A stretch of DNA of 32,000 bases from Dehalococcoidia bacterium (GCA_965207465.1 OZ242283.1:2022248-2054247); one strand, 5' to 3'; positions 1 to 9,475 are shown, counted from the stretch's first letter. Notes: a model not told the origin generated them from the sequence alone. Made by a program: numbers and translations.

Positions 1-948
<948 letters not shown>

Positions 949-1024
949 GGGGCTGTAGCTCATCCGGGAGAGCGCCTGCTTTGCAAGCAGGAGGTAAGGG
1001 GTTCAAGTCCCCTCAGCTCCACCA
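949..1024 (+). tRNA. tRNA-Ala (anticodon UGC), CCA encoded
   Basis: GGGGCTGTAGCTCATCCGGGAGAGCGCCTGCTTTGCAAGCAGGAGGTAAGGGGTTCAAGTCCCCTCAGCTCCACCA. The 7-bp acceptor stem includes the G3:U70 alanine identity pair, the anticodon loop is CTTTGCAA (TGC), the T-arm is GGTTCAAGTCC, and the 3' CCA is present. Confidence 0.95.
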
Positions 1025-1053
1025 AACCTCACTCGTCGTCCTATGCTTGGGCA

Positions 1054-1785
1054 ATGGAGTGTCAATCCATGTCTTTGAGAGTAATTACGTGGAACGTGCG
1101 GTGGGCAACTCCCCGCTCCCGGCGAACCCCTGAAACTCTGAGACGAATAGAACGGCACGATCCAGAAGTTGTCTGTCTTACCGAGACGCAGGCCGGGTTG
1201 CTGTCTGAATCTGGGCACACCATCTGCTCTCAACCGGACTACGGATACCCTATCAAAGAGGGTCGCCGGAAGGTTATGCTCTGGTCTAGGGAACCCTGGG
1301 AGCAAGTCGAGGATGTGGGAATCGATTCGATGCCGCCCGGACGCTTCGTGTCAGGAGTCACCGAGACATCCCTGGGCATGGTCACAGTCATTGGAGTTTG
1401 CATCCCCTGGTTCGGGTCACGTACTGAGGCCAGCCGCAAGTCAGAACGGAAGATGAGGTGGGAAGATCATGAGCAGTATCTGGCTGGCCTGACGAAGGTT
1501 CTCGGAGTTGGCTCAGTGAATCGTATGATAGTGATGGGGGACTTCAATCAGATTATTGGCCAAGGCAGCCATGCACCCGTTAAGCTTCGGTCAGCGCTTC
1601 GGACTGCCTTCTCACCGCGAATGATGATCGCTACCGTGGGGCTTACTTTAGAAGGACGGGGAAGCATCGACCACATTGCACTGAGTAAGGACTTGGCAGC
1701 TGAGTCCGTGGATGTAATCTGCAACATCCACGACGGAAGAAAGCTGTCAGACCATTTCGGAGTCGTTGCCCAGTTCGGGTGGTGA
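1054..1785 (+). CDS. Endonuclease/exonuclease/phosphatase (EEP) family protein
   Basis: N-terminal LRVITWNVRW and C-terminal IDHIAL...LSDHFGVVAQF match the EEP (DNase I/AP-endonuclease-like) catalytic motifs. An alternative start exists at ATG 1069. The gene begins 30-45 nt after the tRNA. Confidence 0.8.
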   Translation: MECQSMSLRVITWNVRWATPRSRRTPETLRRIERHDPEVVCLTETQAGLLSESGHTICSQPDYGYPIKEGRRKVMLWSREPWEQVEDVGIDSMPPGRFVSGVTETSLGMVTVIGVCIPWFGSRTEASRKSERKMRWEDHEQYLAGLTKVLGVGSVNRMIVMGDFNQIIGQGSHAPVKLRSALRTAFSPRMMIATVGLTLEGRGSIDHIALSKDLAAESVDVICNIHDGRKLSDHFGVVAQFGW

Positions 1786-2025
1786 GGGATCGGACTCGAC
1801 GGATTGGTGAGCAAGTTTCCCGTTAGGCATGGAAAGAGACCCCTTTGAATCGGTCTTAGACATCTCCAATTCTAAGGGCGGCTCTCCCTTCCCTCAATGC
1901 TCTATCAGTTCCTACACTACCGAAACAGTTCCTCCTGGGGGTATTGACACGAGAGAGGGCTTATGATGCTATATAGTGTCTTGCGTGATTGGAAATCGCA
2001 TGCAACAAGCCGAGAGGAAAGACCG

Positions 2026-3195
2026 ATGAGCAAACGGAACGAGGAACAACGGCGAGAAAAGGTAGCGGAAGGGTCGCGACTCCACGAAGTCGCAATCGTG
2101 GGCGCGGGGGCGGCCGGGCTGGGATGCGCGGTTGCTCTAAAGGAGTTTGGGATCGACGACGACGTCATAGTCCTCGATCGCCACGAGGTTGGCGCCTCGT
2201 TCCGGCGATGGCCGCAAGAGATGCGCTTCATCACGCCGTCGTTCACTTCGAACGCGTTTGGGTTGCTCGACCTCAACGCGATCATCCCCGGCACATCGCC
2301 CGCCTACATGCTCGACCGCGAACACCCCAGCGGAATCGGTTACGCGAACTACCTCGACAGAGTCGTCGAATACTACGAGCTCAATGTGAAGCTTGGCATT
2401 GATGTCTGCTCCGTCGCAGTCGAGGATGACGGAACATTCACGCTCATAACTACGGACCAGCCGGTGCGGGCGCGACACGTCATCTGGGCGGCCGGTGAGT
2501 TCCAGTACCCGAACCGCAATTCTTTCTTGGGCGCGGAATTCTGCTACCACTCGTCCGATGTCCGCACATGGCGGGATCTCGAGGGTGACCGTTTCACAGT
2601 GATTGGCGGCTACGAGAGTGCCGCAGACGCGGCCGTCTCGCTGGTGCAGTTGCAGAAGGATGTGACCGTGCTGGCGCGAATTGCGACATGGCAAAGTGAT
2701 CATCCGGACCCCAGCATCTCCCTCACCCCGTATTCCCGAGAACGTCTGGAATGGGCAGAATCCACGGGCTCCGTGGACCTCGTTGACAATGCCGACATTA
2801 CGTCGGTGCGCGTGGACGGTGACGCGTGGGTCGTCCAGGCCTCGGACGGCCGCGAGTGGGCGAGCGAGACACGCCCGATTCTTGCTACCGGCTTCAAGGG
2901 ATCTCTCAGTCACCTAGACGGCCTGATTGAGTACGATGAGGGCGGCGTCCCCGTCGTCACGGAAGAGGCCGACGAATCCACGCTTGCGCCTGGCCTGTTC
3001 ATATCCGGCCCCATACTCGAGCACCGGGGCGTAAACTTCTGCTTCATTTACAAATTCCGCCAGCGCTTCGCCGTCGTCGCCGATGCAATCGCACAGCGTC
3101 TCGGAAAGGACACCATGGAAGCCGTTGCGGCCCGTCGAGCGGCGGGGATGTACCTGGACGACCTCTCTTGCTGCGAGGAGTCCTGTGAGTGCTGA
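2026..3195 (+). CDS. FAD/NAD(P)-binding oxidoreductase (flavin-monooxygenase/CzcO-like) with a Cys-rich C-terminal tail
   Basis: Contains a GxGxxG dinucleotide fold VAIVGAGAAGLG, a second Rossmann-like FTVIGGYESAADAA, and ATGF near the C-terminus. The protein ends in LSCCEESCEC. The start is set at ATG 2026 (GAGGAAA sits 7 nt upstream); the ORF track extends to 1963. Confidence 0.8.
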   Translation: MSKRNEEQRREKVAEGSRLHEVAIVGAGAAGLGCAVALKEFGIDDDVIVLDRHEVGASFRRWPQEMRFITPSFTSNAFGLLDLNAIIPGTSPAYMLDREHPSGIGYANYLDRVVEYYELNVKLGIDVCSVAVEDDGTFTLITTDQPVRARHVIWAAGEFQYPNRNSFLGAEFCYHSSDVRTWRDLEGDRFTVIGGYESAADAAVSLVQLQKDVTVLARIATWQSDHPDPSISLTPYSRERLEWAESTGSVDLVDNADITSVRVDGDAWVVQASDGREWASETRPILATGFKGSLSHLDGLIEYDEGGVPVVTEEADESTLAPGLFISGPILEHRGVNFCFIYKFRQRFAVVADAIAQRLGKDTMEAVAARRAAGMYLDDLSCCEESCEC

Positions 3196-4330
3196 CGGAC
3201 ATGACATTGAAGTCGCGGCGCCTCCGACCATACTGCTCCTCGGACGCGCAGGCGCAGGTTCCGCAATAGCAGTCGTCCTCCTGATCCTTCCCGCTCTGCT
3301 CGCCGTGCTCGGGGCCAACCAGGCCGCCGCCTGGCTTGATCCGCTGGCCGTGGCGATCACGACACCCCTAGCCGAGAGGATAGTGGGTTGGCCGGGACCA
3401 CTCGGAGCCATGCTCGCCGGGGACTACGGACTGCTCACGATGGGGCCGCTGCTGTTCGTGTGGGCGGTCCCCACGGTGCTTGTCTATTCGGTGCTGATCA
3501 GCGTTTACAAGGCGAGCGGCCTCGCCGACCGCATCGGGACGGCGCTCCATCCCCTGTTGCGGCCGGTCGGCCTGCACGGGCGCGACCTGACACGAGTGCT
3601 AATGGGCTTCGGCTGCAACGTCCCGGCAATAGTCTCGACACGCTCCTGTTCTTCCTGCACCCGACCGACGACCGTCGGCGCGATCTCCTTCGGGTCGGCC
3701 TGCTCGTACCAGCTCGGCGCGACGCTCGCGGTTTTTGCCGCCGCCGACAAGAGCATTCTCGTTGTGCCGTATCTGGCTCTGCTCGTCGCGGCGACGCTCG
3801 TCTATACGCGTCTCATAAGTCAGCCTGCCGCGCGGTCAACACTAAACACGCTGCTCATCGAACCGCGCACCTTCCTCACCTGGCCGTCCTTCGCGGCAGT
3901 CTGGGCGGAGACACAAGGGACTGTTGGGGCATTTTTCCGCACGGCGCTCCCGACCTTCTTAGCGATCGCCATGGTTGCCTCGCTCCTCGACTGGTCTGGT
4001 GCGCTCGATGCAGTTGGGGGCTTGCTGGCACCGGCGATGGCCGTGTTCGCATTGCCGGCAGACGCGGCAATGCCGACCGCGCTTGCCGCAGTCCGCAAGG
4101 ACGGCATACTGCTGTTGGCCGAGGCAGGCACCGTCGCCTCGTTGAGTGCGGCCCAGCTTCTGGTTGCAACATTCCTCGCCGGAACGGTGCTGCCATGTCT
4201 AGTCACCGTGATCACGATTGGGCGCGAACTCGGGCTACTGTTCGCGAGCAGGCTTGTCGTGCAACAGTCCGCCTTCGCCGTCATGGTCGCCGCCACAGTC
4301 GGCTGGGCCTCAGCCGCGTTCGGCGGGTAA
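3185..4330 (+). CDS. FeoB-like permease (Gate / nucleoside-recognition domain) lacking the N-terminal GTPase domain
   Basis: Polytopic membrane protein with the FeoB gate motif GFGCNVPAIVSTRSC. No P-loop G domain is present. The start is uncertain: GTG 3185 overlaps the upstream stop (3193-3195), and the open frame runs back to 3083 inside the upstream gene. Confidence 0.7.
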   Translation: MSADGHDIEVAAPPTILLLGRAGAGSAIAVVLLILPALLAVLGANQAAAWLDPLAVAITTPLAERIVGWPGPLGAMLAGDYGLLTMGPLLFVWAVPTVLVYSVLISVYKASGLADRIGTALHPLLRPVGLHGRDLTRVLMGFGCNVPAIVSTRSCSSCTRPTTVGAISFGSACSYQLGATLAVFAAADKSILVVPYLALLVAATLVYTRLISQPAARSTLNTLLIEPRTFLTWPSFAAVWAETQGTVGAFFRTALPTFLAIAMVASLLDWSGALDAVGGLLAPAMAVFALPADAAMPTALAAVRKDGILLLAEAGTVASLSAAQLLVATFLAGTVLPCLVTVITIGRELGLLFASRLVVQQSAFAVMVAATVGWASAAFGG

Positions 4331-4474
4331 CGATCCACATCACACTCTCTGGCGCAATGCATGGGCATTAGATAGCAAATCGCTCCTCTCCCTCAGGTCC
4401 ACCAGCAACCCACTTGACGCGGGCCTGCGGCTCCTGCCATTCTCTCGTCCCCTGTGCCTCTCCGATTCACATCC

Positions 4475-4503
4475 TTGACATAAACCTCGCCTCTTCATAG
4501 GAT
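4475..4503 (+). promoter_or_regulatory. Candidate sigma70-type promoter for the sterol reductase gene
   Basis: TTGACA (4475-4480), a 17-nt spacer, then TAGGAT (4498-4503), about 100 nt upstream of ATG 4604. Pattern match only. Confidence 0.3.
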
Positions 4504-4603
4504 TGCAGCCATAAACGGCTCTGTTCAATGGACAGCCCATTGGCGGACAGTCCATCGGCATTCGGCTTTGTAGCAGGCCGCTTGGACGTGCCTACCGCGC
4601 CGG

Positions 4604-5761
4604 ATGAAGGGAAATTCGACATTGATTGAATGGCTCGGTATCAGTCACCTTTTCGAGCTTTCCGGAACGGAAGCTGTCGCGGGCTTTCTCACGCCGCTAG
4701 CGGTCTTCGCCGTTTTCTTCGTGGCGCAATTGATAGTTCCAGCAAGGCGGGTTACTGGCTATGTCATCAACCCGGAAACTGGCGAAGCCCGCAACTACCG
4801 GCTGAACGGCATTCTGGTATTCGCAATAGCGGTCGTCGTGTGGGCCACTGAGATTACCGGTATGCCACGCGACTGGTTCTATCGCTCCTCTGTCTATGCG
4901 GTGGCTGGCGGAACGGTCCTATGCCTCATATTCTCGCTGCTGGCAGTGTACAGCCGTCCACCGGGCCACATAAAGAACCCGCTTGTCGCGCTGTGGGAAG
5001 GCCGCGCCCTGGAGTTGCCGTTCTTCAACGAACGCTTCGACGTCAAGATGTACCTGTATCTCGTGGGCGGGACGATGCTGTCGCTCAACGCCATGTCCGG
5101 CGCCGCCTATCACTACGAGCTATTTGGCGAAAACTCCAATCCGGGCGTTTTCCTGTATGCGGCGTTCTTTACTTTCTATGTCTTTGACTACTTCGTCTTC
5201 GAGCGCGTGCAGCTATACACTTATGACTTGATTCATGAGCATCTCGGCTTCAAATTGATATGGGGCGGCCTCGTGGTCTATGGCTGGCTCTACATCCTCC
5301 CGCTGTGGGGCATGGCCGCTTACCCGGACCCCGGCTTCTCATCGGTATGGACGTACGTCTGGCTCATTGGAACGGCTACGCTGTTTCTGGTCGGCTGGGG
5401 CATATCGCGCGGCGCCAACATGCAGAAATATACATTCAAGCGATGGCCCGACCGTAAGTTTCTCGGAATCATCGAGCCTGAGTACATCGAGGCGGGAAAC
5501 CGCAAGATTCTGTGCAGCGGCTTGTGGGGCTATGCCCGACACTTCAACTATCTGGGCGAGGGCTTCTTCTGCTTTTCCATCGGGCTGGTATTCGGCTATT
5601 TCACCAATCCGTGGGCTTGGACATACTTTATCTTCATCGTTTCGCTGTTCATCTGGCGTCAACGACTTGACGATAGTGTATGTGCCGAGAAGTACGGCGC
5701 CGAAAAGTGGGCAGAATATCAGGAACGGGTGAAGTACCGGATTCTTCCCGGTGTCTATTAG
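4604..5761 (+). CDS. ERG4/ERG24-family sterol reductase (C-14 / C-24(28) / 7-DHCR type; specificity unresolved)
   Basis: Polytopic membrane protein. Its C-terminus LCSGLWGYARHFNYLGEGF...WRQRLDDSVCAEKYGAEKWAEYQERVKYRILPGVY aligns with the family signature seen in LBR/ERG24 (GWWGxxRHPNYLGD...RDExxCxxKYGxxWxxYxxxVPYRIxPxIY). Confidence 0.9.
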   Translation: MKGNSTLIEWLGISHLFELSGTEAVAGFLTPLAVFAVFFVAQLIVPARRVTGYVINPETGEARNYRLNGILVFAIAVVVWATEITGMPRDWFYRSSVYAVAGGTVLCLIFSLLAVYSRPPGHIKNPLVALWEGRALELPFFNERFDVKMYLYLVGGTMLSLNAMSGAAYHYELFGENSNPGVFLYAAFFTFYVFDYFVFERVQLYTYDLIHEHLGFKLIWGGLVVYGWLYILPLWGMAAYPDPGFSSVWTYVWLIGTATLFLVGWGISRGANMQKYTFKRWPDRKFLGIIEPEYIEAGNRKILCSGLWGYARHFNYLGEGFFCFSIGLVFGYFTNPWAWTYFIFIVSLFIWRQRLDDSVCAEKYGAEKWAEYQERVKYRILPGVY

Positions 5762-6011
5762 CCGGCGTCTATTGGAATCTCGACAGACTTCGCCCCTGCC
5801 GCATCCCTGCAATGAATTGCCGGTCAGACGTGCGCCACGTCGCGCTGCTCGTCAACCTGTTCCGCTTCATCCAGAGCAAGCGGCGAACTTGGCACTGTGG
5901 CGCTCATACGTTGATAAACAGCCAGGAGTCCTGCTTCATCACCGGGCTTGCTGCCGCGAGGCAGCTTGGCGCGGACTACCCATTTCGACGTTCCGGCGGC
6001 GAAGCGTTCGT

Positions 6012-7106
6012 TCAACTATTACGGAGGCTTCCTGCACGGCTCACGACTCCGGAAGGCATAGCGCCTACGCATTCACCCGGGTCAGGATAAAACTGAGAGC
6101 AGTAGCGCCTGAAGGGCATGATCTTACCGTCAGAACGGCAAAGGCGTGGGCGCGCTCGATACTGCTGGCGGCTCCAGATTACCACGTCCTGAAGCACATC
6201 CTGCCTCTGCTGAGATGCGATGAATCGATTTATGATGGGAGCGCGCAATCCCACAGGGAGAAACCCCAGACCCGCAATCATCCTCTTCGGATTGCGTATC
6301 TCCCGCGCCTGAGATACTAAGGTCATGTCGATAAGTGTGCCGTCCACCGGCGTCGCAAGCACCCACAGGCGCAAGTCCATGCCAATCGAGCGTTCGCGTA
6401 TTTCCACGTAAGAATATCCCAGCCCAAAGACAAATGTGCGCGCGGAGACGTCGAAGGTTAATTTGAAAGGGCCGGCTATGGTTCGGGTCCTCTCGAAGTC
6501 GAAGCGGGCTTCGAGGTAGGGACCCTCAACGGACGCTTCCACGACCGGGTTGACACTGTCGTAGCCGTGTACGTAACGCAGGTGCGCGAGATCAACTGAG
6601 TTCTCCGTTGTGTCCTGAGGGTGGCCGGGAAAGCGAAGTGTGTTGATCTCGAAATTGGTCCAGCCCGCCTGGTCAAGCATCCTATCAGGCAGGCTCCATT
6701 GCGGCCGTCGTCCTCCGATGCCCCACCATGCGAATATAAGCCCCAGAATTTCCTGTGTCTCATAGACTCTCAGCCTTGCGGTCTTAGGTGGCGGAGCAAA
6801 GGGCGTGGCGACGCATTGTCCGGTCGCATCGAATTCGTAGCCGTGGAAAGGGCATACAAGTTTGCCGTCGCATACACGTCCTCCGGCGGCCGGTCCGAGG
6901 TCGGCGCCGAGGTGAGGGCAGTAGGCGTCGGCGACACAGACGCGCCCACTCTCGTCGGCCCAGACAATGACGTTCTCGCCCATCCAGGTCTTCTGGATGA
7001 GCTTCGCCCTCAGTACAGCCTCACGAGTCGAGACGAAATACCATCCCTCCGGGAAGGGAGATGGTGACTCAGCGTAGGTGAATTCTCTCCGTCCGGTCAC
7101 CATCAT
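6012..7106 (-). CDS. Rieske [2Fe-2S] non-haem-iron oxygenase, KshA / Neverland (cholesterol 7-desaturase)-like
   Basis: Rieske motif DAYCPHLGADL...(17 aa)...CPFHGYEF. Mononuclear iron motif ENSVDLAHLRYVH (DxxHxxxxH). Its length of 364 aa is typical of KshA-class single-subunit oxygenases. Confidence 0.88.
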   Translation of the reverse strand: MMVTGRREFTYAESPSPFPEGWYFVSTREAVLRAKLIQKTWMGENVIVWADESGRVCVADAYCPHLGADLGPAAGGRVCDGKLVCPFHGYEFDATGQCVATPFAPPPKTARLRVYETQEILGLIFAWWGIGGRRPQWSLPDRMLDQAGWTNFEINTLRFPGHPQDTTENSVDLAHLRYVHGYDSVNPVVEASVEGPYLEARFDFERTRTIAGPFKLTFDVSARTFVFGLGYSYVEIRERSIGMDLRLWVLATPVDGTLIDMTLVSQAREIRNPKRMIAGLGFLPVGLRAPIINRFIASQQRQDVLQDVVIWSRQQYRARPRLCRSDGKIMPFRRYCSQFYPDPGECVGAMPSGVVSRAGSLRNS

Positions 7107-7320
7107 TCATCGCCTCTCAACCGGAATCCCGATCGAACTGCTGCTTTTGTGGACTCCAATGTCGTCGCGTTCTCCAAGTACAGACAATCCAAGAAGTGTA
7201 GGTTCCACGTTCCCGGGCCAGCGATTTTCGGGTTTCAGTTTCCTGTTTAGCAAAGCGGATGAGCAGCGGTAGATAAGGATTCGAGGTCGATACGCACCCG
7301 AACTTACTATTAGTTTAAGG

Positions 7321-7367
7321 TCATGCAGCGTCATGCAGCTCGCACCTTTATAGTACCCTTATAGTCC
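7321..7367. promoter_or_regulatory. Direct repeats in the Rieske/P450 divergent intergenic region (possible operator or promoter elements)
   Basis: Tandem 10-mers TCATGCAGCG/TCATGCAGCT (7321-7340), followed by TTATAGT at 7348-7354 and 7359-7365 (11-bp phasing). They sit in the relatively AT-rich 317-nt gap between two divergent genes. Confidence 0.2.
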
Positions 7368-7423
7368 TTTCCACGACTAAATCGCTAGGGTATCCTTGTT
7401 ACCAATAAGTCCAATACATCAGG

Positions 7424-9475
7424 ATGACGCATGGAAAGGCGAGACTGATGACTCTCTTAATGGAAGGTGTGACGACTCAGCCTCTGAGCTTGCCCGAAGA
7501 ACTCATTCTGATGCTTCTAAATGAGGAGACGGGCTACTTCCATCAGGTCCCGGGCTGGGATTTGAACTGCGCCGTCATCGGAGCCGTGCTTGCGGAACTC
7601 TCGCTCGTATCCTGCATTGACACGGATAGGGATTCCCTCATTCTTCTGGACGATACGGAAGTGGGAGACCCTGTACTCGATCCTATTCTCAAGCAAATTG
7701 TGGCGGAATCTGAGCAGCACAACGCCCAGTACTGGATCGAGCGGCTCGCTCCCCGCGCGGAGTCGATCATTGACTTGACACTGAATCGCCTCGTTGAACT
7801 TGACATCCTCGAGCACCATGACGGCGAGTTCTGGACGTTATCCCGGACTGTCGGCGGGGGCAACCGCGGTGCCGACGGCGAAGACGGCAGCGCGGTGGAG
7901 TTCATTGCCTCTCGCATCAGAAGAGTGCTTTTCAACAACGTGATCCCCTACCCGAGAGAGGTCGTCATCATCTGCCTCCTCAAAACGTGCGATGTGCTGC
8001 GGTTCATATTCCAGCTCGATGACGAGGTGGAGGCGCGCATCGAGGCAATCTCAAATATCGACCTGATAGGCCGCGCCATCACGAATGCGGTAACTCAGAA
8101 CCTCGCCGGTCCCTTGCTTCGACGCTCCGGCCTTACCAGGAAAATACCGGTCGTCTCCCTGAGTAAGTTGCTGTTCAATCCGCATGTTCGCAGCGGAAAC
8201 GTCCCCGCGCTTTTCGCGGACCTGGCGCGAGAGTACGGCCCTGTCTTCGAGTTACGCCCTCCGTTCGTCGAGCCGATGATTATCCTGGCAGGGGCAGAGA
8301 CGAATCGCTGGGTGCATCGACAAGGACGCTTGCACCTGAGAACCAGGGACTACTTTGCCGATTTCGAGAAGGTCTATGGCGCGTCTGGAGTATTGCCCTC
8401 TCTGGACGGGGCGGACCATTTCCGGCTCCGCAAGTCGATGTCGTCGGCATATTCTCGCGGCAGGCTGATGGGGCAGATGGACCAGCTCATTCATCATGTG
8501 CGGAATCACATGGCAGACTGGACGGTTGGAGACACCTACCCCGCAACGCGCATGTGCCGCCGAATGGTAAACTCGCAGATTTCTCCCCTCTTTGTCGGTG
8601 TTGAATCCCAGGACATATTTGACGATTTGGCGGAGTACAAGGAGCGGGCACTTAGCACGCACATCGTGAAGGCGCTGCCCAAGTTCATGCTGCAAACTCC
8701 GGGCATGAGACGCCGCGCGAAATCGGTGGACACATTGCTGGAACGGATACAGAGCGTGCATACGCCTGCCCAGCGGGCTGACGCTTCCCGAAACCTTGCG
8801 GACGACATTCTGAGTCTGCACGCGAGCGACCCGCAGTTCTTCCCGGAGTCCAACCTACGCTTCGCTCTTTCGGCCGCGCTGATTGCCAGCGTGTACCTCG
8901 GCGACGCGTTCAGCTTCGCGCTGTACGCCATGGTTTCGCAGCCGGACCTCTACGCGAGAATCCAAGAAGAGGCCGATGCCCTTTTCGAGAATGGCGATCC
9001 GAATCCAGAGGACCTCACTCCGTCCTCGATTGATGTGACCCACCGCTTCCTTATGGAGAGCCTGCGACTCTACCCGATAGTGCCGGTGTCCATGCGGCAT
9101 GTGATGAATTCGTGCGTGGTCGAGGGCTACGAACTGCCGGTGGGGGCGAGGCTCGTTATCGCTCAGGCGGCGACGCATTACATGGACGAGTTCTTCCCAG
9201 ACTCAACCACATTCGACATCGACCGATACCTGCCTCCGCGCAACGAGCATCACAATCCCGGCTATGCGCCTTACGGACTGGGCACGCATATATGCCTCGG
9301 CTCCCGGTGGATGGAAACGCAACTTGCCGTCAATGTGCTTATGGTCGCGCACTACTTCACGCTAAGAGTGTCACCCGAAGACTACAAGCTCAAGTTCAGT
9401 CCGCTGCCATCCTCGAAGCCGAGCAAGAAGCTGAAGTTCCGCGTCGCGGAGCAGCGGCACGAGATGAACTTCTAA
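7424..9475 (+). CDS. Fusion protein: N-terminal GPP34/GOLPH3-like domain plus C-terminal cytochrome P450
   Basis: Residues ~20-225 fit the GPP34 pattern: LSLPEELILMLLNEETGYF..., AVIGAVLAELSL, GDPVLDPILKQI, REVVIICLLKTCDVLRFIF. Residues ~240-683 are a P450, with the K-helix ESLRLYP (ExxR) and the haem-thiolate loop YAPYGLGTHICLGSRW (FxxGxxxCxG). Alternative starts exist at 7448 and 7460. Confidence 0.88.
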   Translation: MTHGKARLMTLLMEGVTTQPLSLPEELILMLLNEETGYFHQVPGWDLNCAVIGAVLAELSLVSCIDTDRDSLILLDDTEVGDPVLDPILKQIVAESEQHNAQYWIERLAPRAESIIDLTLNRLVELDILEHHDGEFWTLSRTVGGGNRGADGEDGSAVEFIASRIRRVLFNNVIPYPREVVIICLLKTCDVLRFIFQLDDEVEARIEAISNIDLIGRAITNAVTQNLAGPLLRRSGLTRKIPVVSLSKLLFNPHVRSGNVPALFADLAREYGPVFELRPPFVEPMIILAGAETNRWVHRQGRLHLRTRDYFADFEKVYGASGVLPSLDGADHFRLRKSMSSAYSRGRLMGQMDQLIHHVRNHMADWTVGDTYPATRMCRRMVNSQISPLFVGVESQDIFDDLAEYKERALSTHIVKALPKFMLQTPGMRRRAKSVDTLLERIQSVHTPAQRADASRNLADDILSLHASDPQFFPESNLRFALSAALIASVYLGDAFSFALYAMVSQPDLYARIQEEADALFENGDPNPEDLTPSSIDVTHRFLMESLRLYPIVPVSMRHVMNSCVVEGYELPVGARLVIAQAATHYMDEFFPDSTTFDIDRYLPPRNEHHNPGYAPYGLGTHICLGSRWMETQLAVNVLMVAHYFTLRVSPEDYKLKFSPLPSSKPSKKLKFRVAEQRHEMNF

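Noticed and set aside
2137-2913. Long antisense or out-of-frame ORFs overlapping real genes. Examples: 2137..2913(-), 3388..4371(+), 3820..4368(-), 5339..5812(-), 9975..10652(+), 10695..11582(+), 15778..16362(-), 16829..17437(-), 19090..19755(-), 20360..21070(-), 21215..21754(-), 23163..24170(-), 26209..26700(-), 27408..27935(-), 28676..29188(-), 30218..30934(-)
   Set aside because: Their translations are Arg/Ala/Pro-rich and low in complexity, which is typical of shadow frames in GC-rich DNA. In each case the alternative frame carries clear family motifs.
5751-6320. 189-aa ORF on the + strand downstream of the sterol reductase
   Set aside because: It overlaps the 3' end of the well-supported Rieske gene on the opposite strand, has no RBS, and its composition looks like a shadow frame. 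The 250-nt convergent gap at 5762-6011 is treated as non-coding.
7424-9475. Calling the P450 a CYP51 sterol 14-demethylase
   Set aside because: The haem loop (YGLGTHICLG) and the I-helix (LGDAFS) do not match the CYP51 signatures I recall (FGAGRHRCIG; AGQHTS). The family is left unassigned.
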